Shown piece after piece: positions 9,212-17,994 of a DNA stretch of 64,000 nt. The stretch is from Patescibacteria group bacterium UBA2773 (GTDB lineage: Bacteria; Patescibacteriota; Minisyncoccia; Moranbacterales; DUUL01): positions 88,933 through 152,932 of the forward strand of contig DEIN01000003.1 in NCBI GenBank assembly GCA_002352465.1, written 5' to 3'. The first letter of the stretch is position 1, and every line of letters begins with the position of its first letter. The notes under the pieces are model-generated. The model ran no database searches. It was not told where the DNA came from and saw only the letters and a list, made by a program, of their open reading frames with translations. The translations under genes and the position numbers were made by a program.

Positions 9212-9433
9212 TCAATTTTTACTCATTTTCCTCAAATCGTCAACTCTCTGCTCTTTTTTCCATTCTAAAAAACTATTATATTCTTCAATACTTTTGAAAG
9301 ACTTATAAGCCAATTTCATTAAATTAAGAAAACTAACCGCTCTTTCAAAAGCTTCTTTCTTGCTTATCTTTTCACCAAATTCCTTTAGATAAAGCATTCT
9401 GAACTCTTCAATTTTTTCTTCGGTTAGCTTCAT
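9212..9433 (-). CDS. Small helical protein upstream of the recombinase (candidate regulator/RDF)
   Basis: 73 aa MKLTEEKIEEFRMLYLKEFGEKISKKEA; co-oriented with the integrase; role inferred from position. Confidence 0.7.
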   Translation of the reverse strand: MKLTEEKIEEFRMLYLKEFGEKISKKEAFERAVSFLNLMKLAYKSFKSIEEYNSFLEWKKEQRVDDLRKMSKN

Positions 9434-9445
9434 AATTAAAAAATT

Positions 9446-9715
9446 CTAGTTTCTATCTTTGACTTCAAAAATCATTCTTTTTAAATCTCTCATCCGATTA
9501 TTAAACTCCCTCGGTTCGACCTTTAGTTTTCCTTTCTGAAAATCTTCAATAATTTTTTCTGTCTTTTCTTCCATAGGAACAATAAAATATGCAATCCCAG
9601 CCCGTCTATCCCATTCAATTTTCTTTATTGAATGAGAAAAATAACTTAGAACAGTAGCAAGAACTAATTCTCTAGTTAAAAAATCCCTACCTGTTTGAAA
9701 ATAATCATCCTTCAT
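9446..9715 (-). CDS. DUF5659-like small phage/island protein
   Basis: TRELVLATVL...AYFIV...IEDFQKGKLKVEPREF...LKRMI resembles DUF5659. Confidence 0.65.
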   Translation of the reverse strand: MKDDYFQTGRDFLTRELVLATVLSYFSHSIKKIEWDRRAGIAYFIVPMEEKTEKIIEDFQKGKLKVEPREFNNRMRDLKRMIFEVKDRN

Positions 9716-9854
9716 AAATATTATTTTAATTGTTAATTTTAATCTTTCTTTAGGTTGATATTAGTCTATTTGTTTTCCGAAGCATTTTTGGAACTTTTTG
9801 AAAAATAAAAACGCCTCTTTCGAGACGTTCTAACTTGATATTTTTTAATAATAT

Positions 9855-11450
9855 TTAGGAATATAACTCTTTCTTGATTTTTTCCGCTAATAATTTTCTT
9901 GTTTTAAAAACAGCTCTTTTTCCCATTCCAAACTTTTCACCAATCTCTTCATCTGAATATCCTTCATAGTTTAACTTTAAAATTTTAAAATCACGTTTAA
10001 TCTTCTTTTTCTGAAAATTAGTTTCGGCTTTTTTGATTATTTTTTTCTTAATTAAAAATAAATCTGATTTAGTTATTTTTTCATTCAAAACACCATCTTC
10101 TCTCCCCAAGGTATCTTTTAATTTCAGCCCATTATTCCCGGAAAAATTAGTCTCTTTATCTAAGCTTATTTCTTTTTCTTTCTCTTTAATTAGCTCTAAT
10201 GGATTTGATTTATGGTTAAGCCAATTTTCTAATTCACTTTTAAAACTATAAACTAACCTCTTAAAATAATCTGGTTTTTTAAGCATCCCTTGGTTAAAAA
10301 AACATCCGATAGCTTCTATTGGAGAGAGTCCAGCTGATAATATAGGTAAGCAAGTCTTGGTTATATCATTTTCGATATCTTCAAATTTTAAACCGCCTTT
10401 TTCAAAAAATTTATAATCAAGAGCTATTTTTAATTTTTTATCCTCATAATCAACTTTTTTCAAATGCTCCAAAAAACCTCCCTTAAAATTTTCAACCAAT
10501 CTAAGCATTATTTTTTTGTTTATAGATTGTTCAGCTTTAAGGGCTAGCTCATTTTCCTTATCTAATTCTAAAAAATAATTTAATTTTTTAAAATTATTAC
10601 CAAACAAAACTTTTTCCATAATAGTATCTGTTGCTGTCTCAAGCAAGAAAATTTGTGTATCATCTAAAATTACTCCACTTTTAAATTTTTCTGGTAATTG
10701 CTCTTTAATAAATTTATTAGCCACTCCGTTGAAATATCCTCTCAAAATACTTTTGATTTTAGCTTTAACTTGAAAATCACCATCTTGACCTTTAGTCAAA
10801 ACATACAAACCAACGATTCTCTTTAAAGCATCCTTTCCTATAAAATAGCTTAAATCAAGTTCATTTAAAATTTTTTGTGAATATTCGTGAATACTGTAAT
10901 TCCGTAAAGGAGTTGTTATTTCAAATTTCGAACAAACATCATCCAAGTTTCCTCCCATTTTTTCTACTTCTTCGCACTTTCTTAAAAGATAACCCCTCAA
11001 GTCATTAACCTCTTCCCTAAAATCCTCCCCTCTAGAAAATTTTCCCAAGTTGACTTCTAGACAACTTTTTTCATCAAATATGCTTATAAAATCTTCATTT
11101 TCTTCTGAAACAATAAACTTAGAAATTTTTCCATTTCCAGCACTTCTATTTTCTTCAAAATTTAACCCATAATAGTCTTTATGCTCTAATTCTTCTATAA
11201 AAAGATGCTTATCAACTTCTAGTTGATATAAATTTGGTTTAACATCAAAATCGATTCTCTCTTCCCAAATTCCGTTTTCTCTCAAAGAGGTTATTAACAT
11301 TCTAAATTGCTTTTCAGCTCCACCTTTTTGATGTTTTTTATCAACTTCATCCATCGCCTGAATCAATTTAACAGCATTTTCTTTCAAATTTAAAAATATT
11401 TCAATTCTTTTTTTCAAATCCGACTGTCTTTGAGCTAAATTATTCTTCAT
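9855..11450 (-). CDS. Hypothetical protein with C-terminal sigma70 region-4-like HTH
   Basis: C-terminal RDFKILKLNYEGYSDEEIGEKFGMGKRAVFKTR. Confidence 0.65.
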   Translation of the reverse strand: MKNNLAQRQSDLKKRIEIFLNLKENAVKLIQAMDEVDKKHQKGGAEKQFRMLITSLRENGIWEERIDFDVKPNLYQLEVDKHLFIEELEHKDYYGLNFEENRSAGNGKISKFIVSEENEDFISIFDEKSCLEVNLGKFSRGEDFREEVNDLRGYLLRKCEEVEKMGGNLDDVCSKFEITTPLRNYSIHEYSQKILNELDLSYFIGKDALKRIVGLYVLTKGQDGDFQVKAKIKSILRGYFNGVANKFIKEQLPEKFKSGVILDDTQIFLLETATDTIMEKVLFGNNFKKLNYFLELDKENELALKAEQSINKKIMLRLVENFKGGFLEHLKKVDYEDKKLKIALDYKFFEKGGLKFEDIENDITKTCLPILSAGLSPIEAIGCFFNQGMLKKPDYFKRLVYSFKSELENWLNHKSNPLELIKEKEKEISLDKETNFSGNNGLKLKDTLGREDGVLNEKITKSDLFLIKKKIIKKAETNFQKKKIKRDFKILKLNYEGYSDEEIGEKFGMGKRAVFKTRKLLAEKIKKELYS

Positions 11451-11646
11451 CTTTTAATCTTAATCTTAATTTATCCTAAAGTGCTTTAGTATAGCCTAAA
11501 AACGAATAAAAATAAAGACAACAAAAAAACAATTACCTGATAATTGTCTAGTCTCAAAATATTTTTAAATTTTATAAACTCTTTATCTTCTCTATTCTAT
11601 CACGATAATCGGGCAATGCTTTTTAACCAATTGTCAAAATTTTCTC

Positions 11647-13119
11647 TCAACTTTTCAACTTTCTTAGTATCTCCACCATCGCCAAAGTATCTAACTCACA
11701 ATATTTAAGTAAATCTTTTCTAATTTTAGCTTTTTCATCCTCAGAAACATCGTCGAACATTGTCTTTCCCCAAGCTTCGATTGCCATTGTTCCATTTTGC
11801 ACTTCTAACTCTTTATAGGAAAGCTCAGGAACTAAAACTGGCAAAACTTTTTTAATAGAGGCACTGCCCTTGAAATCAGGATGAAGATAATCTTTTTTGA
11901 AAACCTTCATTAAATCAAAGACTCTCGAATTAACATCTTCTAGAAAATCTTTAAATTCAGGATGTAATTTCATCAATTCCTTGTTTCTTCCCTTTTCAAA
12001 AGATTCATACCAAACGACGACACTTCCGACTGGTCCAATCTGGCTTTTCATTGATTTTACCAAATCTCGAGTAGCATTTTCTAGATTATCAGCTAAATAT
12101 TCAAAATGTTGAAGTTTTCCGTCTTTGCCTAAAATATGCAATGAATATTGAAAAACTAGTTGTTGATTAGTTTTATAACCGTCTAAAAATGGGATTGGTT
12201 TTCCAAAAGTCTCGTAATCTAAAAAATAAATTGGATAAACCAACTCAGACAAAGTTTCCCGAACCGTTTCTTGATTGATTTGAGGAATGCCTGTCTTTTG
12301 AAGGTCAATTTTAATTCTTTGGATTTTAGTAGCTTCAAAATCCTCTGGAACATCTTTAACATCAAAAATATTATCATTAACTAGAGTTTCAAGCTTTTTA
12401 CCCTTAAAAATATGAGCTGTTGAATATTCTGGGACTTGCGGATTGAAAAGATTAAAACAATCACAACGCTGTCCGTGACTTCGGTAAATGCAACCGCAAC
12501 CCTTTAAATCAACATCATCAATTTTGAATGAATCTAAGGCTTTTTGGATTTCAATTTCTGTTTCTTCTTTAATATCAGCTATTTTATCTGAAACCTCGTT
12601 CAAAACAAATAACTGTTTCAAATCCAAATCACCGTTTTTAATATAGTCCTTGCTTAAATGCACAATAAAATTTTTTCCAACTTCAATTCCTGATTTTTCT
12701 AAAACTATTTTCTGAAAAGCAATGTCCTTAATATGATTATGAAATAAATCGGTCTTAATACTAGAACCTGATTTTACTTCATATAAGTTCCACTTTTTGC
12801 TCTTTTTATCAAATTCTAAAACATCAATCTTAGCAAAAAGTCCCTCTTCTGTTTCAAAAGTGGCTTGAAATATTGTCTTCTGTTGTATGATTAGCTCTTT
12901 GGTTTTTTCAATTAGTTCTTTTCTGCTACCGATATTTGAAAATCCACCGCTAAAAGTCTGTTGAAAACATTCTTCAACTTCATAACCGTCCTTAATCAAT
13001 TTTTTCAAGAAAGCCGAAAACTCCCCCTCAACATAATCCTCGGGTCTTTTCTTTTTTAGCCAAAGACATTTCTGGCAAATCAGAAATTCTTTAAAATCGG
13101 TTTTTGATAAATAAAGCAT
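11647..13119 (-). CDS. DUF2779-domain predicted nuclease (PD-(D/E)XK plus RNase H-like)
   Basis: LSKTDF...CQKCLWL, KIDVLEF...LYEVKS, FLDYET, FQYSLH, SIKKVLP, YCELDTLAM. Confidence 0.85.
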   Translation of the reverse strand: MLYLSKTDFKEFLICQKCLWLKKKRPEDYVEGEFSAFLKKLIKDGYEVEECFQQTFSGGFSNIGSRKELIEKTKELIIQQKTIFQATFETEEGLFAKIDVLEFDKKSKKWNLYEVKSGSSIKTDLFHNHIKDIAFQKIVLEKSGIEVGKNFIVHLSKDYIKNGDLDLKQLFVLNEVSDKIADIKEETEIEIQKALDSFKIDDVDLKGCGCIYRSHGQRCDCFNLFNPQVPEYSTAHIFKGKKLETLVNDNIFDVKDVPEDFEATKIQRIKIDLQKTGIPQINQETVRETLSELVYPIYFLDYETFGKPIPFLDGYKTNQQLVFQYSLHILGKDGKLQHFEYLADNLENATRDLVKSMKSQIGPVGSVVVWYESFEKGRNKELMKLHPEFKDFLEDVNSRVFDLMKVFKKDYLHPDFKGSASIKKVLPVLVPELSYKELEVQNGTMAIEAWGKTMFDDVSEDEKAKIRKDLLKYCELDTLAMVEILRKLKS

Positions 13120-13137
13120 TATTTAAAATCTAATATT

Positions 13138-15879
13138 TTAAGAAAATATTTCAGAAACTTTTTCTACTCTTCGAAAATCAACCCCCTCTAATTCTCTGAA
13201 ATGAGCCTTCCCACAATCAATCTTATTTTGTTCACTTTCTCTAATTTCTCCAGGAGATTTAGTTTCCGCCACAAAGTAAACCTTTTCGTCATTCTCCAAA
13301 ACAATTGCCCAATCAGGATTATAATTACCAATCGGCGTTTTAATTTTAAACCACCCAGGAAGTTTAAAATAAAATTTAACTCTATCTATTGATTCAAGTT
13401 CTTTAGCAAACTCTGACTCTACCGCAGAATCAATCAAAACGTGGTCATAAAGAGTTTTATCTTGATTTTGAACCTTAACTACATTCTCTAAATAGCTCTC
13501 CAGCTCATTGCCTTTAAATAGCTCCATAGCGTAATAATTATTCTTGCCTTGAAGTCTCTCATATTTAATTCCATCGACAATCAATTTTTGCAAAGCCGAC
13601 CGAATCGAATCAACTGCTAAATCCATAAACTGCTGAGGATTTTTGGCAATCTCCATATCCTTGCCCGATTTTTTAATAATCTCAACTATTGTTTGTCTAG
13701 TTAATTTAGTTTTAGCTTGAATGTATCCCAAGATGTTAGGAATTGCTTTAAAATCATTTTCATACTCAACTTTTTTCTCGCTAATATTAGCCAAACCCGT
13801 CACTATTCCTTTTTTTGTAATATCTAATTTTCCTTTCAAACTAATAATTTTAGGCTCTCTAATTTCAGCATTGGCTAAAAATTCGCTAGATTCCTTTATC
13901 AAGTCTTCATTGCTAAAATTTACCTGGTATTTAGTTTTGTATTTAATTTTGTTCCAAAGCTCTTTAAAATCTTCATTTAATTTGTAGGCTTTAGTTAATT
14001 TAATTTTAGTCCTGTCTCTTTTTCTTTTTACTCTTTCACTAAAATCAACCCCACATTCATCTTCAATTTCAATTTGCAATTTTTTAGCAAATTCTTCATA
14101 ACTTTCATTAGCAATAACTGTCAAAACATTGATATTCTCATCAAACACCCTTTGCCCTTCTTGATTGACAGAAAGTCTCATTCCCCGACCAATTTCTTGA
14201 CGTTTTTTAATTTCACTTTGAGACCGACTAAGCGTGCAAATTTGAAAAACATTAGGGTTATCCCAGCCCTCTCTAAGAGCTGAGTGAGAAAAAATAAATT
14301 GCAAGGGCTCCTTGGTTGATAAAAGTCTTTCTTTATCTTTCATTATTAAACTATAAGTATCATCATCAGCCTTGCTGTTGCCTTTAGTATCTCGCCAATT
14401 TCCTTTTTTGTCTTGAGAAAAATATCCATTATGGATTTTTTCTACTTCATAAGGAATTAAATCAGTGAAGACTGGATTTTGTTTCAATTCTTCAAAAATC
14501 TCTTCAAACCACACGGCAATTTTTCCTTTTTTAATTAAGTCATTTTCATAACTTCGATAATTAGCTACTTTATCAATAAAGAATAATGACAAAACTTTTA
14601 TTCCTTTGTCTTTGAATTTTCTTGCTTTTTCAAAATGATTTAGAATAGTCTGGCGAATTTGAAATTTCATTATTTCATCGTTTAGCCCACCAATCGATTG
14701 ACCAACATAAATCATTTTACCATTAGAAAATGCAATTGATTGACCAATGACATCCGCCGAATCAACAACATAGCCCTTATAAACGCCTCTTTCTCCTGAA
14801 AGTTTGAACAGATTACATTCGCTTGCTCCTTTTGAAGATTTTCTAACTGTAATTATTTTTCGTTTAATTCCGTTATTGTCGCTTACGTCAATTTTGAGCT
14901 TAATGGCAATACTATTTTTTTGAGATTGAACTGATTCTAATTCAATAAACGGTTCATTTAAATTATTTTCTTCCAAAACTGAATCCACCTCAATTTTTTT
15001 AACCAAATTCAAATCATAAGCTCTAACAGGGTCTAGTCTATAAATTAAGTTATATGGATTTTTATGAGTTGCCGAATATCTCAAAGTAAAAAGCGGATTT
15101 AAATTCTCAATAGCTTTTTTTCTAATCGGAGTTTCCATATTTTGAGGTTCATCTATAATCACAATTGGACTAATATTTTTAATGTATTCAATCGGCACAC
15201 CCCAATCACTTTTCTGATAAATAATATTACCTTTTCTTTTCTCCTCGCTAAATTTAGCAAAAGAATCAATATTGATTACTAAAATTTGAAGACTATTGGC
15301 GGTTGCAAAATTTTTCAACAAACCTCTTTTTTTTGGGTCGTAAACGTGAAAATCCATTTCAGGATTATCATAAATAGTATCAAAATGCTCTTTGGTGATT
15401 TGAAGATTTTTAATCACACCCTCCTTAATGGCAATTGAAGGCACCACGATAATAAACTTTTTAAAGCCATATTTATTATGAAGTTCGTGAATTGTTCTGA
15501 GATAAACATAGGTTTTTCCTGTTCCAGTTTCCATTTCAAGAGAAAAATTCATTCCTTCGGCTAATTTCTGATGGCTTGCTCCCGCACCTATCATTTCAGT
15601 CCCAATCGCACCGACACCAATTCCACCGCCACTTTTTATTCCAGATTTATTCAATTTATTTTCCTCCTGAATATTATGAAGATTTTTAATTATCTCCTCT
15701 TGGCTAATCACCAAATTATTTCCAACTACAAAACCACTTTCAAGCAATTGTTGCCCTGTTTGTTTTTTAATTTCAATTTCAAAATCGCCTTTATTCAAAG
15801 GTTGCCCCTCAAAAAGACTAACTGTCGAATTTATGGCATCTAATTGGTATTTTTGGTTTGAATCAAATTGTAATTTCAT
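13138..15879 (-). CDS. res: Type III restriction endonuclease subunit Res
   Basis: EMETGTGKT Walker A, IIDEPQ, SATH, LREGWDNPNVFQIC, C-terminal YNPDW...VAETK nuclease. Confidence 0.93.
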   Translation of the reverse strand: MKLQFDSNQKYQLDAINSTVSLFEGQPLNKGDFEIEIKKQTGQQLLESGFVVGNNLVISQEEIIKNLHNIQEENKLNKSGIKSGGGIGVGAIGTEMIGAGASHQKLAEGMNFSLEMETGTGKTYVYLRTIHELHNKYGFKKFIIVVPSIAIKEGVIKNLQITKEHFDTIYDNPEMDFHVYDPKKRGLLKNFATANSLQILVINIDSFAKFSEEKRKGNIIYQKSDWGVPIEYIKNISPIVIIDEPQNMETPIRKKAIENLNPLFTLRYSATHKNPYNLIYRLDPVRAYDLNLVKKIEVDSVLEENNLNEPFIELESVQSQKNSIAIKLKIDVSDNNGIKRKIITVRKSSKGASECNLFKLSGERGVYKGYVVDSADVIGQSIAFSNGKMIYVGQSIGGLNDEIMKFQIRQTILNHFEKARKFKDKGIKVLSLFFIDKVANYRSYENDLIKKGKIAVWFEEIFEELKQNPVFTDLIPYEVEKIHNGYFSQDKKGNWRDTKGNSKADDDTYSLIMKDKERLLSTKEPLQFIFSHSALREGWDNPNVFQICTLSRSQSEIKKRQEIGRGMRLSVNQEGQRVFDENINVLTVIANESYEEFAKKLQIEIEDECGVDFSERVKRKRDRTKIKLTKAYKLNEDFKELWNKIKYKTKYQVNFSNEDLIKESSEFLANAEIREPKIISLKGKLDITKKGIVTGLANISEKKVEYENDFKAIPNILGYIQAKTKLTRQTIVEIIKKSGKDMEIAKNPQQFMDLAVDSIRSALQKLIVDGIKYERLQGKNNYYAMELFKGNELESYLENVVKVQNQDKTLYDHVLIDSAVESEFAKELESIDRVKFYFKLPGWFKIKTPIGNYNPDWAIVLENDEKVYFVAETKSPGEIRESEQNKIDCGKAHFRELEGVDFRRVEKVSEIFS

Positions 15880-17992
15880 AATTTATGATTTCTTTAACTA
15901 ATGTTATAAGATATTCAAATTCATCCTTTTTTTTCTTTTTATTTTCGTCCTCTAGATAGTCTCTAATTTTTTTTAGAAAATTCAAAGCTCCCTCCTTATC
16001 GTGGCTAACATTTCCGCAATAAACTTCCAAACTTCCAGCTTCAAGTATGAATATTGGACAATTTATTTTTTTTATCTCTACTCCTTTCTTAAGTTCACTT
16101 AAAACATCTTCGAGATTATTTAAATTAAATTTTTTGTATTCTTTCATAAAATCGATTTCATCTAAAATTTTCTTATTATCCAAACTATTGTTAATCCAAA
16201 ATTTCAAAAATTTTTCATCCTTTTCGATAATTTTATTATTTTTTTGTAAACCATAAATTATTTTCAATATCCTAAGCCCGACATCTTTCTGAGTTAATTT
16301 TCTTTTTATAGACTTACTCTTAAAATAAGGTTCCAATAATTCCAAACTATTATTTTTCGTTAATTTTGTAATATTATCTTTTATCGGATTTAATAAAGTG
16401 ACTCCTTTCAATAAGCTACCCTCCCAAATATTATCCAAATCAGCAATAACAAAAGAATTAATTTTGAATTTATCTAAAAATTCTATATACTTTAAAAAAT
16501 TATTTTTTCCGTTAACTGATACGACCTCTATGCTCTTGTCTCCTTTATTGAATTTATCCAGCAAATAGCCAAAAATTATTTCGTCTGTCATACCCTCAAC
16601 AAGAATAATGTTATCTGCGAAAAAAAGCTTAGCACTATTTGAATAAGTAATTATATCAATTAAATCCTTTTGTTCCCCCAAAGAATTATTCCAACCAGAA
16701 TTTCTATTTTCTGGAATTAATTTCGTGAAACCATTCGATTTATAAATTCTAGTTATATTTTGAATCGTTTCTGAGCTTACAAAAAATGGCGAGTGCGTCA
16801 CTACCACAAATTGTAAATTTCGAATATTCGATACTTCATCATATAAACGAATCAACTTTGATTGCCATCTTGGATGCAGATGTATTTCAGGTTCATCGAT
16901 GATTAAAACTGCGTCTTTCAAGTCGAATGCTTCAATGGAAAAAATAAAATTAAAAATTTCTTTCTCTCCAGAACTCAATTTATTAAACTCAACTTGCCTT
17001 CCATCAGTCTCTATTATAAATTTAAACTTGTTATCATCTGCATTAGTCACTTCAACTTTAAAATCATAATTACCAACCAAATGCAATAGTTCTTTAACTC
17101 TTTTGACTTGCCCTATATCAGAAAACTTTTTTTTAACTGGCTTTCCTTTCTCTGTCAATAATTGATTCTCAGTTTTTAAGTCGTTAGATAATTTCGAAAA
17201 ATAATAAGTAAAATAATCAACGTCAGAAGAGGTTTTGTTTGATGTTTTTTCTTTTGATTGCCTAATTTTATCTGTTTTATTTTGTCCTGGCAAAGAAATT
17301 TCGAAACTTTGACCTTCGTGAAATCTATTTGGTGAAAAAAATTTCCAATTATATTTTAATTCTGAAATTTGATTGGTATTTCGAAATTTTTCATTATGCT
17401 TTTCTATTAGATACTTTATTTTTTCAAAATAATTTAAATATCTAAAAAATAATTTTTTATTATCAGAAAAACTATTATAACAATCGTCCGCTGTCTTAAC
17501 GTTGAGTAAGTGCTGAGAAAAACTAAATACTTGCTTAACTTCATTTTTCAATAAGTTGACATCTACCCTGGAAAACAAATCATTGAATGTTGTATAAATT
17601 TCGTTGCTTCCATTTCCAGAAAGCTCCCCTTCTATTTCAGATATTTTATCAAGATTGTTTTTAATAATTTTAATATTTTGTAAATCATTTTCACTAAATT
17701 CTAATTCAATTTCTAACTCTTGATTTACGTCATCTTTAATATTATCGTGTCTCGACAAATCAAAAAAATTATTGAGTTCTTTTCTTAAAAATAAAGTTTT
17801 AAAAGGCTCTTTATGCTCATTCCAATGCCAAATAAAAAAAGTATTCAAAGAAATATTTAAAATATCCATTAAATTACTTTTTCCTCCTCCATTCGGACCA
17901 ATCAAAATATTAGTCCCTTTTTTATTAAAAGAAATTTTAATCTTTTCTCCAATGCTTTTTATGTTTTGTATACTAATTGAATTTATTATCAT
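15863..17992 (-). CDS. OLD-family (GajA-like) ABC ATPase-TOPRIM nuclease
   Basis: GPNGGGKS, LSSGEKE, IIDEPEIHLHP, VTHSP; TOPRIM LVEGMTDE...IADLD. Confidence 0.9.
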   Translation of the reverse strand: MIINSISIQNIKSIGEKIKISFNKKGTNILIGPNGGGKSNLMDILNISLNTFFIWHWNEHKEPFKTLFLRKELNNFFDLSRHDNIKDDVNQELEIELEFSENDLQNIKIIKNNLDKISEIEGELSGNGSNEIYTTFNDLFSRVDVNLLKNEVKQVFSFSQHLLNVKTADDCYNSFSDNKKLFFRYLNYFEKIKYLIEKHNEKFRNTNQISELKYNWKFFSPNRFHEGQSFEISLPGQNKTDKIRQSKEKTSNKTSSDVDYFTYYFSKLSNDLKTENQLLTEKGKPVKKKFSDIGQVKRVKELLHLVGNYDFKVEVTNADDNKFKFIIETDGRQVEFNKLSSGEKEIFNFIFSIEAFDLKDAVLIIDEPEIHLHPRWQSKLIRLYDEVSNIRNLQFVVVTHSPFFVSSETIQNITRIYKSNGFTKLIPENRNSGWNNSLGEQKDLIDIITYSNSAKLFFADNIILVEGMTDEIIFGYLLDKFNKGDKSIEVVSVNGKNNFLKYIEFLDKFKINSFVIADLDNIWEGSLLKGVTLLNPIKDNITKLTKNNSLELLEPYFKSKSIKRKLTQKDVGLRILKIIYGLQKNNKIIEKDEKFLKFWINNSLDNKKILDEIDFMKEYKKFNLNNLEDVLSELKKGVEIKKINCPIFILEAGSLEVYCGNVSHDKEGALNFLKKIRDYLEDENKKKKKDEFEYLITLVKEIINYEITI

Positions 17993-17994
17993 CT

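Noticed and set aside
11647-13119. DUF2779 protein as CRISPR Cas4
   Set aside because: It has a PD-(D/E)XK/Cys pattern but also an extra RNase H-like domain, and there is no array or cas1/cas2.
15863-17992. Gabija or retron system
   Set aside because: No GajB/UvrD helicase or reverse transcriptase adjacent.
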